Shown here piece by piece: positions 31,384 through 41,001 of a stretch of 64,000 bases of DNA (position 1 is the first letter of the stretch; each line of letters starts with the position of its first letter). Position numbers and translations under genes: made by a program. Below the pieces are notes generated by a model, which ran no database searches, was not told the DNA's origin, and worked only from the letters and a program-made list of their open reading frames with translations. The stretch is from an uncultured Sangeribacter sp. (GTDB lineage Bacteria > Bacteroidota > Bacteroidia > Bacteroidales > Muribaculaceae): contig CAZWJO010000001.1 in NCBI GenBank assembly GCA_964634905.1, positions 4,479-68,478 of the forward strand, read 5' to 3'.

Positions 31384-31398
31384 TGGCACGGTAATTGA
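31384..31398 (+). promoter_or_regulatory. Putative sigma-54 promoter of htpG
   Basis: TGGCAC-GGTAA-TTGA resembles TGGCAC-N5-TTGC. Confidence 0.5.
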
Positions 31399-31452
31399 TA
31401 CTTACCGAATGGAAAATAAAAAACTAAAATAAAACGAAAATAAGATATAGAA

Positions 31453-33486
31453 ATGGCTAACGGAAAAATTGGGGTAACGACTGAAAATATATTCCCCGTA
31501 ATCAAAAAGTTTCTTTACAGTGATCATGAGATTTTCCTTCGTGAACTTGTGAGCAATGCTGTAGATGCTACTCAAAAGTTACGTACTCTTGCTGCCTTCG
31601 GTGACTTCAAGGGTGAACTTGGCACTCTCGACGTTCATGTCGACATCGACAAAGAAAAAGGTACTCTTACTGTGACAGACCGTGGTATAGGTATGGACAG
31701 CGAGGATGTCGATAAATATATCAATCAGATTGCATTCTCTGGGGCTGAAGAATTCCTTCAAAAATATAAGGATACTGCCAACAATATTATTGGGCACTTC
31801 GGTCTTGGTTTCTACAGTGCATTCATGGTATCAAAGAAAGTTGAGATTCGCTCTCTCTCTTATAAAGAAGGTTCGAAACCTGTGCTTTGGACATGCGACG
31901 GAAGCCCTGAATACACGATGGAAGAGTGTGACAAAACTGACAGAGGCACATCTATCACCCTTTATCTTGATGATGATAGCAAGGAGTTTCTTGAGCAAGC
32001 AAGAATCGATACTCTTTTGAAGAAATATTGCCGTTTCCTTCCTGTTCCTGTTATCTCAGGGAAAATGCAAGAATGGAAAGATGGAAAGATGGTGGATACA
32101 GATGAAGATAATGTTGTCAATGCAACCGAACCTCTTTGGACCAAGAAACCATCCGACCTCACTGACGATGACTATTTGAAGTTCTACCACGAACTTATGC
32201 CGGGTCAGGATGATCCTATGTTCTGGATCCATCTTAATGTAGATTATCCTTTCACACTCACTGGTATTCTTTACTTCCCTAAAATCAAGAATGAATTTGA
32301 TGTTAGAAAAGACAGAATACAGCTCTACTGCAACCAAGTCTATGTCACAGATCAGGTTGAAGGAGTAGTACCGGAATTTATGACTTTGATGCAAGGTGTC
32401 ATTGACTCCCCTGACATTCCTCTTAATGTAAGCCGTAGTTATCTTCAAGCTGACACAGCCGTCAAGAAGATTTCTGGCTATATCTCCAAGAAGGTTGCTG
32501 AGAAACTTGACTCTATGTTCAAGACCGATCGCAAAGCTTTCGAGGAAAAATGGGACGACATTAAAGTGTTCATTGAATACGGTATGCTAACCGACGAGAA
32601 ATTCTTTGAATCAGCTAAGAAATTCTATCTTCTCAAAGATGTCAATGGTAAATACTTCACTCTCGATGAGTATCACACTCTCGTAGAGGGAGAGCAGAAA
32701 GATAAAGATGGTCGTTTAGTATATCTCTATGCTACAGATAAGACGGCTCAATTCAGTTTCATTCAGGCAGCCGAAGATAAAGGATATAGTGTCCTTCTCC
32801 TTGACGGGCAACTTGAGCCGCACATGGTAGGTCTTCTCGAACAGAAACTCGATGGGGTAAGTTTTGTTCGTGTTGACAGTGACACTCCTGAAAAACTCAT
32901 CCGAAAGTCTGATGATAAGGGTTCCGGTCTCACTTCCGATCAAACTGAAGTAATGACTATTCTCTTTAAATCTCAGATTCCTGATGTAGAGAAAGCACAG
33001 TTCATGGTAGGTTTTGAATCTATATCATCGGATGCTTCCCCTGCAACAGTAACTCAAAATGAGTTTATGCGCCGTATGAAAGATATGGCGGCCATGCAAC
33101 CGGGAATGAGCTTCTATGGAGATATGCCTGCAAGCTATTTATTCACTGTAAACACAGACCAGCCTGCTGTGAAGACAATCATAGAAGATACTGAGAAGGC
33201 GATTGGAGCAAAGACTTCCGATATTTTGAAGCAGATTTCATCTCTTAACGATGAGATAGCAAAGGCTTCAAAAGACGCACAGGATAAGAAGGAAAGTGTT
33301 CCGGAAATGAAAGAACAGAACGATAAGATTGCATCTCTTCGTTCCGACCTCGACAAAGAAGTAAGCGATTATGCAGCTACTCTTCCAAAAGTAAAGCAAA
33401 TAATTGATCTCGCACTTCTTCAGAGTGATCTCCTCAAAGGAGCAGCCCTCTCAGAATTCATCAAGAGAACTGCAAAACTCCTCTAA
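31453..33486 (+). CDS. htpG: Chaperone HtpG (Hsp90)
   Basis: FLRELVSNAVDA, DRGIGM, IGHFGLGFYSAF, IPLNVSRS. Confidence 0.98.
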   Translation: MANGKIGVTTENIFPVIKKFLYSDHEIFLRELVSNAVDATQKLRTLAAFGDFKGELGTLDVHVDIDKEKGTLTVTDRGIGMDSEDVDKYINQIAFSGAEEFLQKYKDTANNIIGHFGLGFYSAFMVSKKVEIRSLSYKEGSKPVLWTCDGSPEYTMEECDKTDRGTSITLYLDDDSKEFLEQARIDTLLKKYCRFLPVPVISGKMQEWKDGKMVDTDEDNVVNATEPLWTKKPSDLTDDDYLKFYHELMPGQDDPMFWIHLNVDYPFTLTGILYFPKIKNEFDVRKDRIQLYCNQVYVTDQVEGVVPEFMTLMQGVIDSPDIPLNVSRSYLQADTAVKKISGYISKKVAEKLDSMFKTDRKAFEEKWDDIKVFIEYGMLTDEKFFESAKKFYLLKDVNGKYFTLDEYHTLVEGEQKDKDGRLVYLYATDKTAQFSFIQAAEDKGYSVLLLDGQLEPHMVGLLEQKLDGVSFVRVDSDTPEKLIRKSDDKGSGLTSDQTEVMTILFKSQIPDVEKAQFMVGFESISSDASPATVTQNEFMRRMKDMAAMQPGMSFYGDMPASYLFTVNTDQPAVKTIIEDTEKAIGAKTSDILKQISSLNDEIAKASKDAQDKKESVPEMKEQNDKIASLRSDLDKEVSDYAATLPKVKQIIDLALLQSDLLKGAALSEFIKRTAKLL

Positions 33487-33505
33487 GATTAGAGATTAAG
33501 AATAG

Positions 33506-33547
33506 AAAAAGGACTGAATCTAAAAATTGGATTCTGTCCTTTTTTTT
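33506..33547. terminator. Bidirectional terminator between htpG and radA
   Basis: AAAAAGGACTGAATCT...GGATTCTGTCCTTTTTTTT, with A- and T-tracts on either side. Confidence 0.85.
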
Positions 33548-33590
33548 ATATTAGTTAGCATGCTCAGCATACTTTAATAAGCCTCGCGAT

Positions 33591-33625
33591 GCTAATTATG
33601 CATTATGAATTATGCATTAGCAATT
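33591..33625. repeat. 7-bp tandem repeat (ATGCATT/ATGAATT)
   Basis: GCTAATT ATGCATT ATGAATT ATGCATT AGCAATT. Confidence 0.7.
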
Positions 33626-35003
33626 AAGCTTCTCCCCTAAAAATCTTCTCAAACACATCAGTCACTTTGTTCACTTCCACTATCTTTATGTTGAATTTAT
33701 CATGTATGCCCTTAAGATTCCCCGAAGGAATAAAGATAGTCTCAAACCCCAATTTAGCAGCCTCAGACACTCGCTGGTCGATTCTTGTCACAGTCCTTAT
33801 TTCCCCGGAAAGACCCACTTCCCCTGCAAATGCAGCATGACGAGGCACCGCCACATCAAAATTTGAAGACATTACAGCGGCAACCACCGCAAGATCAAGA
33901 GCAGGGTCAGTCACCTTCAACCCACCGGCAATATTTAGAAACACGTCTTTCTGTCCAAGCTTAAATCTGGCTCGTTTTTCCAAAACAGCAAGCAACATAT
34001 TCAAACGCCGTTGGTCGAATCCTGTCACACTCCTCTGTGGAGTACCGTAAGCTGCTGAAGAAACCAATGCCTGTACTTCCACAAGGAAGGGTCGTGCACC
34101 ATCAATTGTCACACCGATTGCCATTCCGCTCATTTCATCCTGCCGATTATCACTCAGAAGCATCTCAGATGGATTCTTTACCTCCCGGAGCCCCTTAGCC
34201 ACCATCTCATAGATTCCAATCTCATTGGTGGATCCAAATCGATTCTTTATTGCTCGAAGTATGCGGTAGAGATATTGCCTGTCTCCTTCAAATTGAATTA
34301 CAGTATCTACTATATGCTCCAAAACCTTCGGACCTGCAATCGCTCCATCCTTATTGATATGACCCACAAGAATCACAGGAACTCCTGATTCTTTGGCATA
34401 TCTAAGAAGGGCAGCTGCACATTCTCGGACCTGACTCACACTTCCGGCAGCTGACTCAATGTCTGCAGAAGCAATTGTCTGTATTGAATCTACCACAACA
34501 AGTTGGGGTTTCACATTCTCAATCTGTGTAAATATTTTATCAAGTTGTGTCTCCGTAAGAATAAATGTATTATCGGAGACTTTCCCAAGTCGATCTGCTC
34601 TCAATTTCAGCTGAGAAGCAGATTCCTCACCGCTGACATAAAGAATCCTTCGGTTGCGTATGGAAAGGATATTTTGTAATAGGAGAGTGGACTTACCGAT
34701 ACCAGGTTCTCCTCCAAGTAATGTAAGACTCCCTGCCACCAAACCACCTCCAAGCACTCGATTGAGTTCTTCCGAAGGCATGTGAATCCGAGGCTCATCG
34801 AGAGGTTGTATTTCCGAAAGTTTGATAGGTCGGGCACCCTCGGTTGAGAGCAACCCTTTATTTTTTGAAGATTGTTTTGTAGATACTTTCTCCTCAACGA
34901 AAGTATTCCATTCTCCACATGACGGACACCTCCCCATCCATTTTGGAGATTCATATCCGCATGAATTGCAAAAATAAACCGATTTTATAGTACTCTTTGC
35001 CAT
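33624..35003 (-). CDS. radA: DNA repair protein RadA/Sms
   Basis: CxxC-CxxC zinc finger, GEPGIGKST, KNRFG. ATG at 35003. Confidence 0.97.
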   Translation of the reverse strand: MAKSTIKSVYFCNSCGYESPKWMGRCPSCGEWNTFVEEKVSTKQSSKNKGLLSTEGARPIKLSEIQPLDEPRIHMPSEELNRVLGGGLVAGSLTLLGGEPGIGKSTLLLQNILSIRNRRILYVSGEESASQLKLRADRLGKVSDNTFILTETQLDKIFTQIENVKPQLVVVDSIQTIASADIESAAGSVSQVRECAAALLRYAKESGVPVILVGHINKDGAIAGPKVLEHIVDTVIQFEGDRQYLYRILRAIKNRFGSTNEIGIYEMVAKGLREVKNPSEMLLSDNRQDEMSGMAIGVTIDGARPFLVEVQALVSSAAYGTPQRSVTGFDQRRLNMLLAVLEKRARFKLGQKDVFLNIAGGLKVTDPALDLAVVAAVMSSNFDVAVPRHAAFAGEVGLSGEIRTVTRIDQRVSEAAKLGFETIFIPSGNLKGIHDKFNIKIVEVNKVTDVFEKIFRGEA

Positions 35004-35125
35004 AAAAATATCAATAATCATCAGAATCCATCATATTGTCTTAGTCTGAAAAAGGTTGACTCATTAAAAATTTTGCAGTATCAAAAGACGATAAACTTGA
35101 ATACACAAAAATAACGAAAATACAA

Positions 35126-35881
35126 TCAAATACTCCTACGCATGAATTCCGAGACGGTAATGGCAGTAGCGGCTGCTACATTTAGAGACTCAGCATGAGG
35201 TCCGGAAGCAAAACTCGGGATTAGCAGTGGAAGATTTATCTTTTGGCGTAATTCTTCACTCAATCCATTGCCCTCATTGCCCATGACCACAAAAGCTGGC
35301 AAGGAAAGGTGGGTGGTGTATATGTCACTGCCGTCAAGAACCGTTCCGCAGACCGGAATGTCTGGATTAGAATTGATTATCTTCGGTAGATTAGATTGTA
35401 TGATTCGAACCATTCCTATTGCTCCCATCGAAGACTGAACAGCCTTAGGATTGAAAGGATCCGCACACCCGCTACCAAGTACCACTCTTGCAACCCCGAA
35501 CCATGATGCAATTCGAAGAATCGTGCCAAGGTTTCCCGGATCTTGGACAGCATCAAGCATTAGTGTTAATCCTTCTTTGTAGTTTTCCTCATCTTTATCT
35601 TTGCCTTTTGGCATACGATATATGGATATGATGTCTGGAAGTGACTGGAATTGCGACAACTCTCGCATTTCTGATTCTGATACGGTAAAAAGAGGATATT
35701 TTTCGTATCTTCCAACATCAGAAGCTGCCGATTCAAGCACTATGATAGTCTCCGGGGTAAAAAATTGAAGAGTATCTGTTACGCATTTCTCACCCTCTGC
35801 AATAAACAGACCAAGTTTCTCACGCTGTTTGCGTAAATTTAGGCGCGAATATAGATTCAATTTAGTTTTCGATAGTTTCAT
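35126..35881 (-). CDS. TrmH/SPOUT family RNA methyltransferase
   Basis: DPGNLGTILR, MGNEGNG, ESLNVAAA. Confidence 0.92.
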   Translation of the reverse strand: MKLSKTKLNLYSRLNLRKQREKLGLFIAEGEKCVTDTLQFFTPETIIVLESAASDVGRYEKYPLFTVSESEMRELSQFQSLPDIISIYRMPKGKDKDEENYKEGLTLMLDAVQDPGNLGTILRIASWFGVARVVLGSGCADPFNPKAVQSSMGAIGMVRIIQSNLPKIINSNPDIPVCGTVLDGSDIYTTHLSLPAFVVMGNEGNGLSEELRQKINLPLLIPSFASGPHAESLNVAAATAITVSEFMRRSI

Positions 35882-35885
35882 GCCG

Positions 35886-35945
35886 CAAATTTAAAAAAAA
35901 ATCATGGTTTAAGTGGGGAAAAAAAAGAAAATTTTTGTAATTTTG
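35886..35945. promoter_or_regulatory. Divergent -7 promoter elements for the TrmH gene and nfo
   Basis: CAAATTTA at 35886-35893 (TAAATTTG on -) and TAATTTTG at 35938-35945 (+). Confidence 0.6.
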
Positions 35946-35968
35946 TAGAAACAAAAGAGAATAACAAT

Positions 35969-36811
35969 ATGAAATATATAGGTGCACATGTAAGTACAGA
36001 GGGTGGAGTGGCTAATGCTCCCCTTGAAGCCGTTGCCATTGGAGCAAAAAGTTTTGCCATTTTTACAGGGAGCAGCAACCGCTGGACATCAAAAGCCATC
36101 GCAGAGGAAGAGGCTGAAGCTTTCAAAGAAAATTGCCGTCGCGGAGGTTTTACAGCTGCTCAAATATTACCTCACGACAATTTCCTCATAAATTTAGGCA
36201 GTCCTGATGCTCAAAAACTTCATCTAAGCCGAAAATCATTCTTGGAAGAGATGCAAAGATGCGAGCAATTAGGTCTTACTATGCTTAATTTTCATCCTGG
36301 AAGCCATGTGAATGAAATAGAAGAGGAGAAATGCCTCGACCTTATTGCTGAGTCAATAAATAAGACTCTGGAAAAGACCAATGGCGTAACTGCAGTGCTT
36401 GAGTCGACAGCTGGACAAGGAAGCAATCTGGGGCATCGCTTCGAGCATCTTGCACATATCATCAGCAAAGTAGAAGACAAGACCAGAGTAGGAGTGTGTA
36501 TCGACACTTGCCATACATATTCCGCCGGTTATGACCTTGCTGACGAGGAAGGTTATAAGAAGACATGGGAAGAATTCGATGATATTATCGGAAGAGATTA
36601 CCTGAGAGCATTACATCTGAATGATGACATGAGAAAACTTGGTTCGAGAATCGACCGTCATGCAGAAATAGGTAAGGGTACTCTGGGAATGGCATTTTTC
36701 AAAAGGCTCGTCAACGATCCGCGATTCGACAATATGCCTATTATTCTTGAGACCCCTAATCCTGCCATCTGGCCAGAAGAAATTAAGCTCCTTTACAAAA
36801 TGATTAACTAA
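35969..36811 (+). CDS. nfo: Endonuclease IV
   Basis: IGAHVS, NFHPG, ESTAGQG, CIDTCH, HLND, DRH, ILETP. Confidence 0.97.
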   Translation: MKYIGAHVSTEGGVANAPLEAVAIGAKSFAIFTGSSNRWTSKAIAEEEAEAFKENCRRGGFTAAQILPHDNFLINLGSPDAQKLHLSRKSFLEEMQRCEQLGLTMLNFHPGSHVNEIEEEKCLDLIAESINKTLEKTNGVTAVLESTAGQGSNLGHRFEHLAHIISKVEDKTRVGVCIDTCHTYSAGYDLADEEGYKKTWEEFDDIIGRDYLRALHLNDDMRKLGSRIDRHAEIGKGTLGMAFFKRLVNDPRFDNMPIILETPNPAIWPEEIKLLYKMIN

Positions 36812-36840
36812 ACAATTCAACGATTAAACAATTCAACAAC
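36809..36840. repeat. 8-bp tandem repeat
   Basis: TAAACAAT TCAACGAT TAAACAAT TCAACAAC, starting at the nfo stop codon. Confidence 0.65.
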
Positions 36841-36906
36841 TGAACTTTTAAACAAAAAAATAGTTAATCAATTAGATGTTCACCTTATAAATCTAAATAC
36901 GAAACT

Positions 36907-38232
36907 ATGACAAATCAAAAACGTGACCTCGGTTTCATGCAATTATGGAACCTGAGTTTCGGATTCTTCGGAGTCCAGATTGCTTACGCTTTGCAAAGTG
37001 CAAACATTTCGCGTATCTTTGCCACTCTTGGTGCTGATCCACACTCGCTCAGTTATTTTTGGATTCTCCCTCCTCTTATGGGTATTGTAGTTCAACCTAT
37101 TATTGGCGTTGCCTCCGACCGCACTTGGTGCCGCCTCGGAAGAAGATTGCCTTATTTGCTATTGGGAGCTCTTATAGCTGTAATAGTAATGTGTTTGCTT
37201 CCAAATGCAGGAAGTTTTGGTCTCGCTGTGAGCGGTGCAATGGTTTTTGGTTTTGTAGCTTTGATGTTTCTCGACACATCCATCAACATGGCAATGCAGC
37301 CATTTAAGATGCTTGTCGGTGACATGGTCAACGAGAAACAAAAAGGATTAGCATACTCAATTCAAAGCTTCCTTTGCAATGCAGGATCTCTGGTAGGATA
37401 TCTGGCTCCTATTGTATTGACAGCAATAGGCATAAGCAACATTGCACCACAAGGAGTGGTTCCTGATTCTGTGACCTACTCCTTCTATATAGGTGCGGCA
37501 GTTTTAATTCTTTGCGTGATATATAGTTTTGTCACTATCAAAGAAATGCCACCAGCCGAATATGCTCGATTCCATGGTATTGATGCTTGCAAAGTAGAGA
37601 AACATGAGAAATTTAATCTTGTGAAAATGCTTAAAGAAGCTCCAATGACTTTTTGGAGTGTCGGACTCGTTCAGTTCTTCTGCTGGTCAGCTTTCCTCTT
37701 TATGTGGACTTATACTAATGGAGCTATAGCAGGCAGCGTATGGGGAACTCAGGACGTAGCATCTGCCGGATATCAGGAAGCAGGTAACTGGGTCGGTACC
37801 CTCTTCGCAGTTCAAGCTATTGGTTCTGTACTTTGGGCTGTCGTCATACCACGCTTCAAAAGCTTAAAGACAGTCTATATTGTAAGTTTGCTTCTTGGTG
37901 CACTTGGTTTTGTATCGACTCTTTTCTTTGCAGATAAGTATTTGCTTTTTATTAGCTACTTCCTGATTGGATGTGCTTGGGCGGCTATGCTTGCTCTTCC
38001 ATTTACAATTCTTACAAACTCTTTAAAGGGAGACAACATGGGTGCTTATCTTGGACTTTTCAACGGCACTATTTGTCTGCCACAGATTGTAGCAGCCGCT
38101 CTCGGTGGAGTGCTTCTCTCCGCGCTTGGTGGAAATCAGAGTTATATGCTTGTTGCTGCAGGCGTACTTCTTGTCTGTGGAGCTATTGTAGTTGGTTTTA
38201 TTAAGTTGACTTCCGCTGAAAAAGAGTCATAA
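36907..38232 (+). CDS. MFS transporter, SLC45/maltose-sucrose-like
   Basis: LWNLSFGFFGVQIAYALQ, QPIIGVASDRTW, 12 TM helices. Confidence 0.88.
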   Translation: MTNQKRDLGFMQLWNLSFGFFGVQIAYALQSANISRIFATLGADPHSLSYFWILPPLMGIVVQPIIGVASDRTWCRLGRRLPYLLLGALIAVIVMCLLPNAGSFGLAVSGAMVFGFVALMFLDTSINMAMQPFKMLVGDMVNEKQKGLAYSIQSFLCNAGSLVGYLAPIVLTAIGISNIAPQGVVPDSVTYSFYIGAAVLILCVIYSFVTIKEMPPAEYARFHGIDACKVEKHEKFNLVKMLKEAPMTFWSVGLVQFFCWSAFLFMWTYTNGAIAGSVWGTQDVASAGYQEAGNWVGTLFAVQAIGSVLWAVVIPRFKSLKTVYIVSLLLGALGFVSTLFFADKYLLFISYFLIGCAWAAMLALPFTILTNSLKGDNMGAYLGLFNGTICLPQIVAAALGGVLLSALGGNQSYMLVAAGVLLVCGAIVVGFIKLTSAEKES

Positions 38233-38903
38233 TGTCAAAGATAATAAATTATAAAGGTGTCGAGATTCATCGAGCCGAGAAGACAGTGCTTAAAGATGTC
38301 ACCTTCTCCATCGGAGAAGGTGAATTCTGCTATCTTGTGGGTAGAGTTGGAAGTGGGAAAAGTTCCCTTCTAAAATCAATGTATGCTGAAGTGCCTATAT
38401 ATTTGGGTGACATTGCTGATGTTATGGAGTTTGATTTGCTTAATATAAAAAAGAAGCAAATTCCATATCTTCGAAGGAACATTGGTATAGTCTTTCAAGA
38501 TTTCCAATTGCTTCAAGATCGTTCGGTCTATGACAATCTATCCTTCGTATTAAAAGCAACAGGATGGCATAATAAGACAGACATGGATCAGAGAATAGAG
38601 GATGTCCTGATAGATGTAGGAATGAACAACAAAAGCTATAAGATGCCCCATGAACTCTCGGGAGGTGAACAACAACGAATTGTGATTGCAAGAGCTCTTC
38701 TAAACAATCCCAAATTGATTCTCGCTGATGAACCGACTGGCAATCTTGATCCTCAGACTGGTATCACAATCGTAAGTCTTCTCCATCAACTCGCAGACAA
38801 TGGACATTCTATATTGATGGCAACCCACAACCTTCAATTGTGTGATGATTTTCCAGCAAGAGTGCTTAGATGCCGGGATAAGGAACTTATTGATGAAATA
38901 TGA
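38232..38903 (+). CDS. FtsE-like ABC ATPase
   Basis: [45 protein letters not shown]. No adjacent ftsX. Confidence 0.8.
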   Translation: MSKIINYKGVEIHRAEKTVLKDVTFSIGEGEFCYLVGRVGSGKSSLLKSMYAEVPIYLGDIADVMEFDLLNIKKKQIPYLRRNIGIVFQDFQLLQDRSVYDNLSFVLKATGWHNKTDMDQRIEDVLIDVGMNNKSYKMPHELSGGEQQRIVIARALLNNPKLILADEPTGNLDPQTGITIVSLLHQLADNGHSILMATHNLQLCDDFPARVLRCRDKELIDEI

Positions 38904-38925
38904 TAATAATTGTCATAAATCCCTC

Positions 38926-38963
38926 AAAATATGTCGTGAAGGCCTTCACGACATATTTTTTTT
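38926..38963 (+). terminator. Terminator formed by a perfect 34-bp palindrome
   Basis: AAAATATGTCGTGAAGG|CCTTCACGACATATTTT (38926-38959) followed by a T-tract. Confidence 0.8.
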
Positions 38964-39141
38964 ATCATTTGTATACATTTTTAGTAGGATAATTAAGTTT
39001 TTTATGGGGTTTAGATTTCTATATTCAAAAAAAAATGATTAAATTTGCACAAAAATTGGGAGAGATAGCTAAAAATGGGCTTTTCCACTTCCAAATATCA
39101 TGAAATGATCGTTCATTAGCATTATAATAAGCTATTTAATT

Positions 39142-40992
39142 ATGGCAGAAAAGAAAGAAAAACTGTTTGACATGTTTCCGCCGGTTTCCACAGAAGAATG
39201 GATGGCGAAGATCAATGTCGATCTAAAGGGCGCCGATTTCAATAAGAAACTTGTGTGGCGCACCAACGAAGGCTTCAATGTCATGCCTTTCTATCGTAAG
39301 GAAGATATAGTAGGTCTTCCTTCTGTAGGATCAATGCCGGGCCAATTCCCATACGTAAGAGGAACAAAGGCTAACAATGACTGGCTGATCCGTCAGCAAA
39401 TCCTTGGATCCACTGCTGAAGAAATCAATGCAAATGCTAAGCATGCCATCGACAAAGGAGTGGAATCTCTTGGCATCAGCATGAAAGGCCTTGAGGTTTC
39501 TGACCTTGCTGCAGTTCTCGAAGGTATCGATTTGAACAAGGTAGAAGTTAACGTTATCTGCTGTCCACGCAAGGCAGAAGAGATGGCAAAAGCACTTGTT
39601 GAGATTGTAGAAAAGGCTGGTGCAAAAGACACTTTCAAGGGAAGCATTGGCTTCAATCCTTTCAAACGTCTTCTCAAGCATGGACTCGAATTTCCGAAAG
39701 ATCTCAAGGAAACAGCTCTTGCAGTGTACGAAGCTGTAAAACCTGTTGAAGGACTTCGTTGCTTTGCTGTAGACAGCTTCCTTCTTAATAATGCTGGTGC
39801 ATACATCACTCAAGAACTTGGCTACGCATTGGCATGGGGTGCTGAATGGATGACTCTCATGACAGAGGCTGGTTTGACTCCATGTGAAGTCAACAAGCGC
39901 ATCAAATTTAATATGGGAATCAGCTCAAACTATTTTATGGAGCTTGCTAAGTTCCGCGCCGCCCGTATGCTTTGGGCTGAAATCGTAAAGGCGTATGGAG
40001 CTGATGAAGAATGCTGCAAGATGGCTGTTCACGCTGTGACAAGCGAATTCAATATGACAATTTACGATGCTCACGTAAATCTCCTTCGCTCAATGACAGA
40101 GACTATGAGCGCTGCGCTTGCCGGTGTTGACTCTATTGAAACTCTTCCATTCGACCTCGTATACACTACACCCGACGAATTCAGTGAGAGAATTGCTCGC
40201 AACCAACAGCACCTCCTTCGTGATGAGTCACACCTTGACAAGGTTGTTGACCCTGCTGGAGGAAGTTATTATATTGAGACCCTCACTTCTTCCATTGCCA
40301 ACCAGGCATGGAAAGTCTTCAATGAAGTGGAAGACAATGGCGGCTTCTATGAAATGCTCAAGAAGGGTGAAATCCAGGCTAAGGTCAATGAAAGCGGAGT
40401 TAAGCGTCATCTTGACGTAGCTCGCAGAAAAGAGATACTTCTCGGTACAAACCAATATCCTAATGTCAACGAAATGGCTCTCGACAAGATTAAGAAAGAT
40501 GGTGCGGTTTGTGGTTGTGGATGTGGTGAAGTTGTTGATGGTGCTGTTGAATACTTGAACTTTGACCGCGCAGCAAGCCAGTTTGAACAGCTTCGTCTCG
40601 ATACCGAGCGTGCTTCCAACCGTCCAAAAGTATTCATGCTGACAATAGGCAATCTCGCTATGCGCCTTGCTCGTGCTCAGTTCTCTGGCAACTTCTTCGG
40701 TTGCGCTGGATATGAAATCATCGACAACAACGGTTTTGCTACCGTTAAGGAAGGTGTTGATGCTGCTATCGAAAAGGGAGCCGACGTAGTTGTGCTCTGT
40801 TCAAGCGATGACGAATATGCACAATATGCACCTGAAGCATTCAAAGAACTTAATGGCCGTGCAATGTTCGTTGTAGCAGGTGCACCTGCTTGCATGGAAG
40901 AGCTAAAGGCTCAAGGAATCGAAAACTTTATCCACGTACGCGTCAATGTGCTTGACACACTCGTGGACTTCAATGCGAAACTCCTCAAATAA
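39142..40992 (+). CDS. mutA: Methylmalonyl-CoA mutase small subunit
   Basis: PGQFPYVRG, DPAGGSYYIE, VLCSSDDEY; lacks the DxHxxG B12 motif. -7 element TAAATTTG at 39040-39047. Confidence 0.95.
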   Translation: MAEKKEKLFDMFPPVSTEEWMAKINVDLKGADFNKKLVWRTNEGFNVMPFYRKEDIVGLPSVGSMPGQFPYVRGTKANNDWLIRQQILGSTAEEINANAKHAIDKGVESLGISMKGLEVSDLAAVLEGIDLNKVEVNVICCPRKAEEMAKALVEIVEKAGAKDTFKGSIGFNPFKRLLKHGLEFPKDLKETALAVYEAVKPVEGLRCFAVDSFLLNNAGAYITQELGYALAWGAEWMTLMTEAGLTPCEVNKRIKFNMGISSNYFMELAKFRAARMLWAEIVKAYGADEECCKMAVHAVTSEFNMTIYDAHVNLLRSMTETMSAALAGVDSIETLPFDLVYTTPDEFSERIARNQQHLLRDESHLDKVVDPAGGSYYIETLTSSIANQAWKVFNEVEDNGGFYEMLKKGEIQAKVNESGVKRHLDVARRKEILLGTNQYPNVNEMALDKIKKDGAVCGCGCGEVVDGAVEYLNFDRAASQFEQLRLDTERASNRPKVFMLTIGNLAMRLARAQFSGNFFGCAGYEIIDNNGFATVKEGVDAAIEKGADVVVLCSSDDEYAQYAPEAFKELNGRAMFVVAGAPACMEELKAQGIENFIHVRVNVLDTLVDFNAKLLK

Positions 40993-41001
40993 TCTGCCGA
41001 C

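Noticed and set aside
38926-38959. Perfect 34-bp palindrome as a recombination or operator site
   Set aside because: It lies just after a stop codon and is followed by a T-tract, so an intrinsic terminator explains it.
39048-39141. Cobalamin riboswitch upstream of mutA
   Set aside because: The leader is under 100 nt, with one weak hairpin and no B12-box or other conserved riboswitch motifs.
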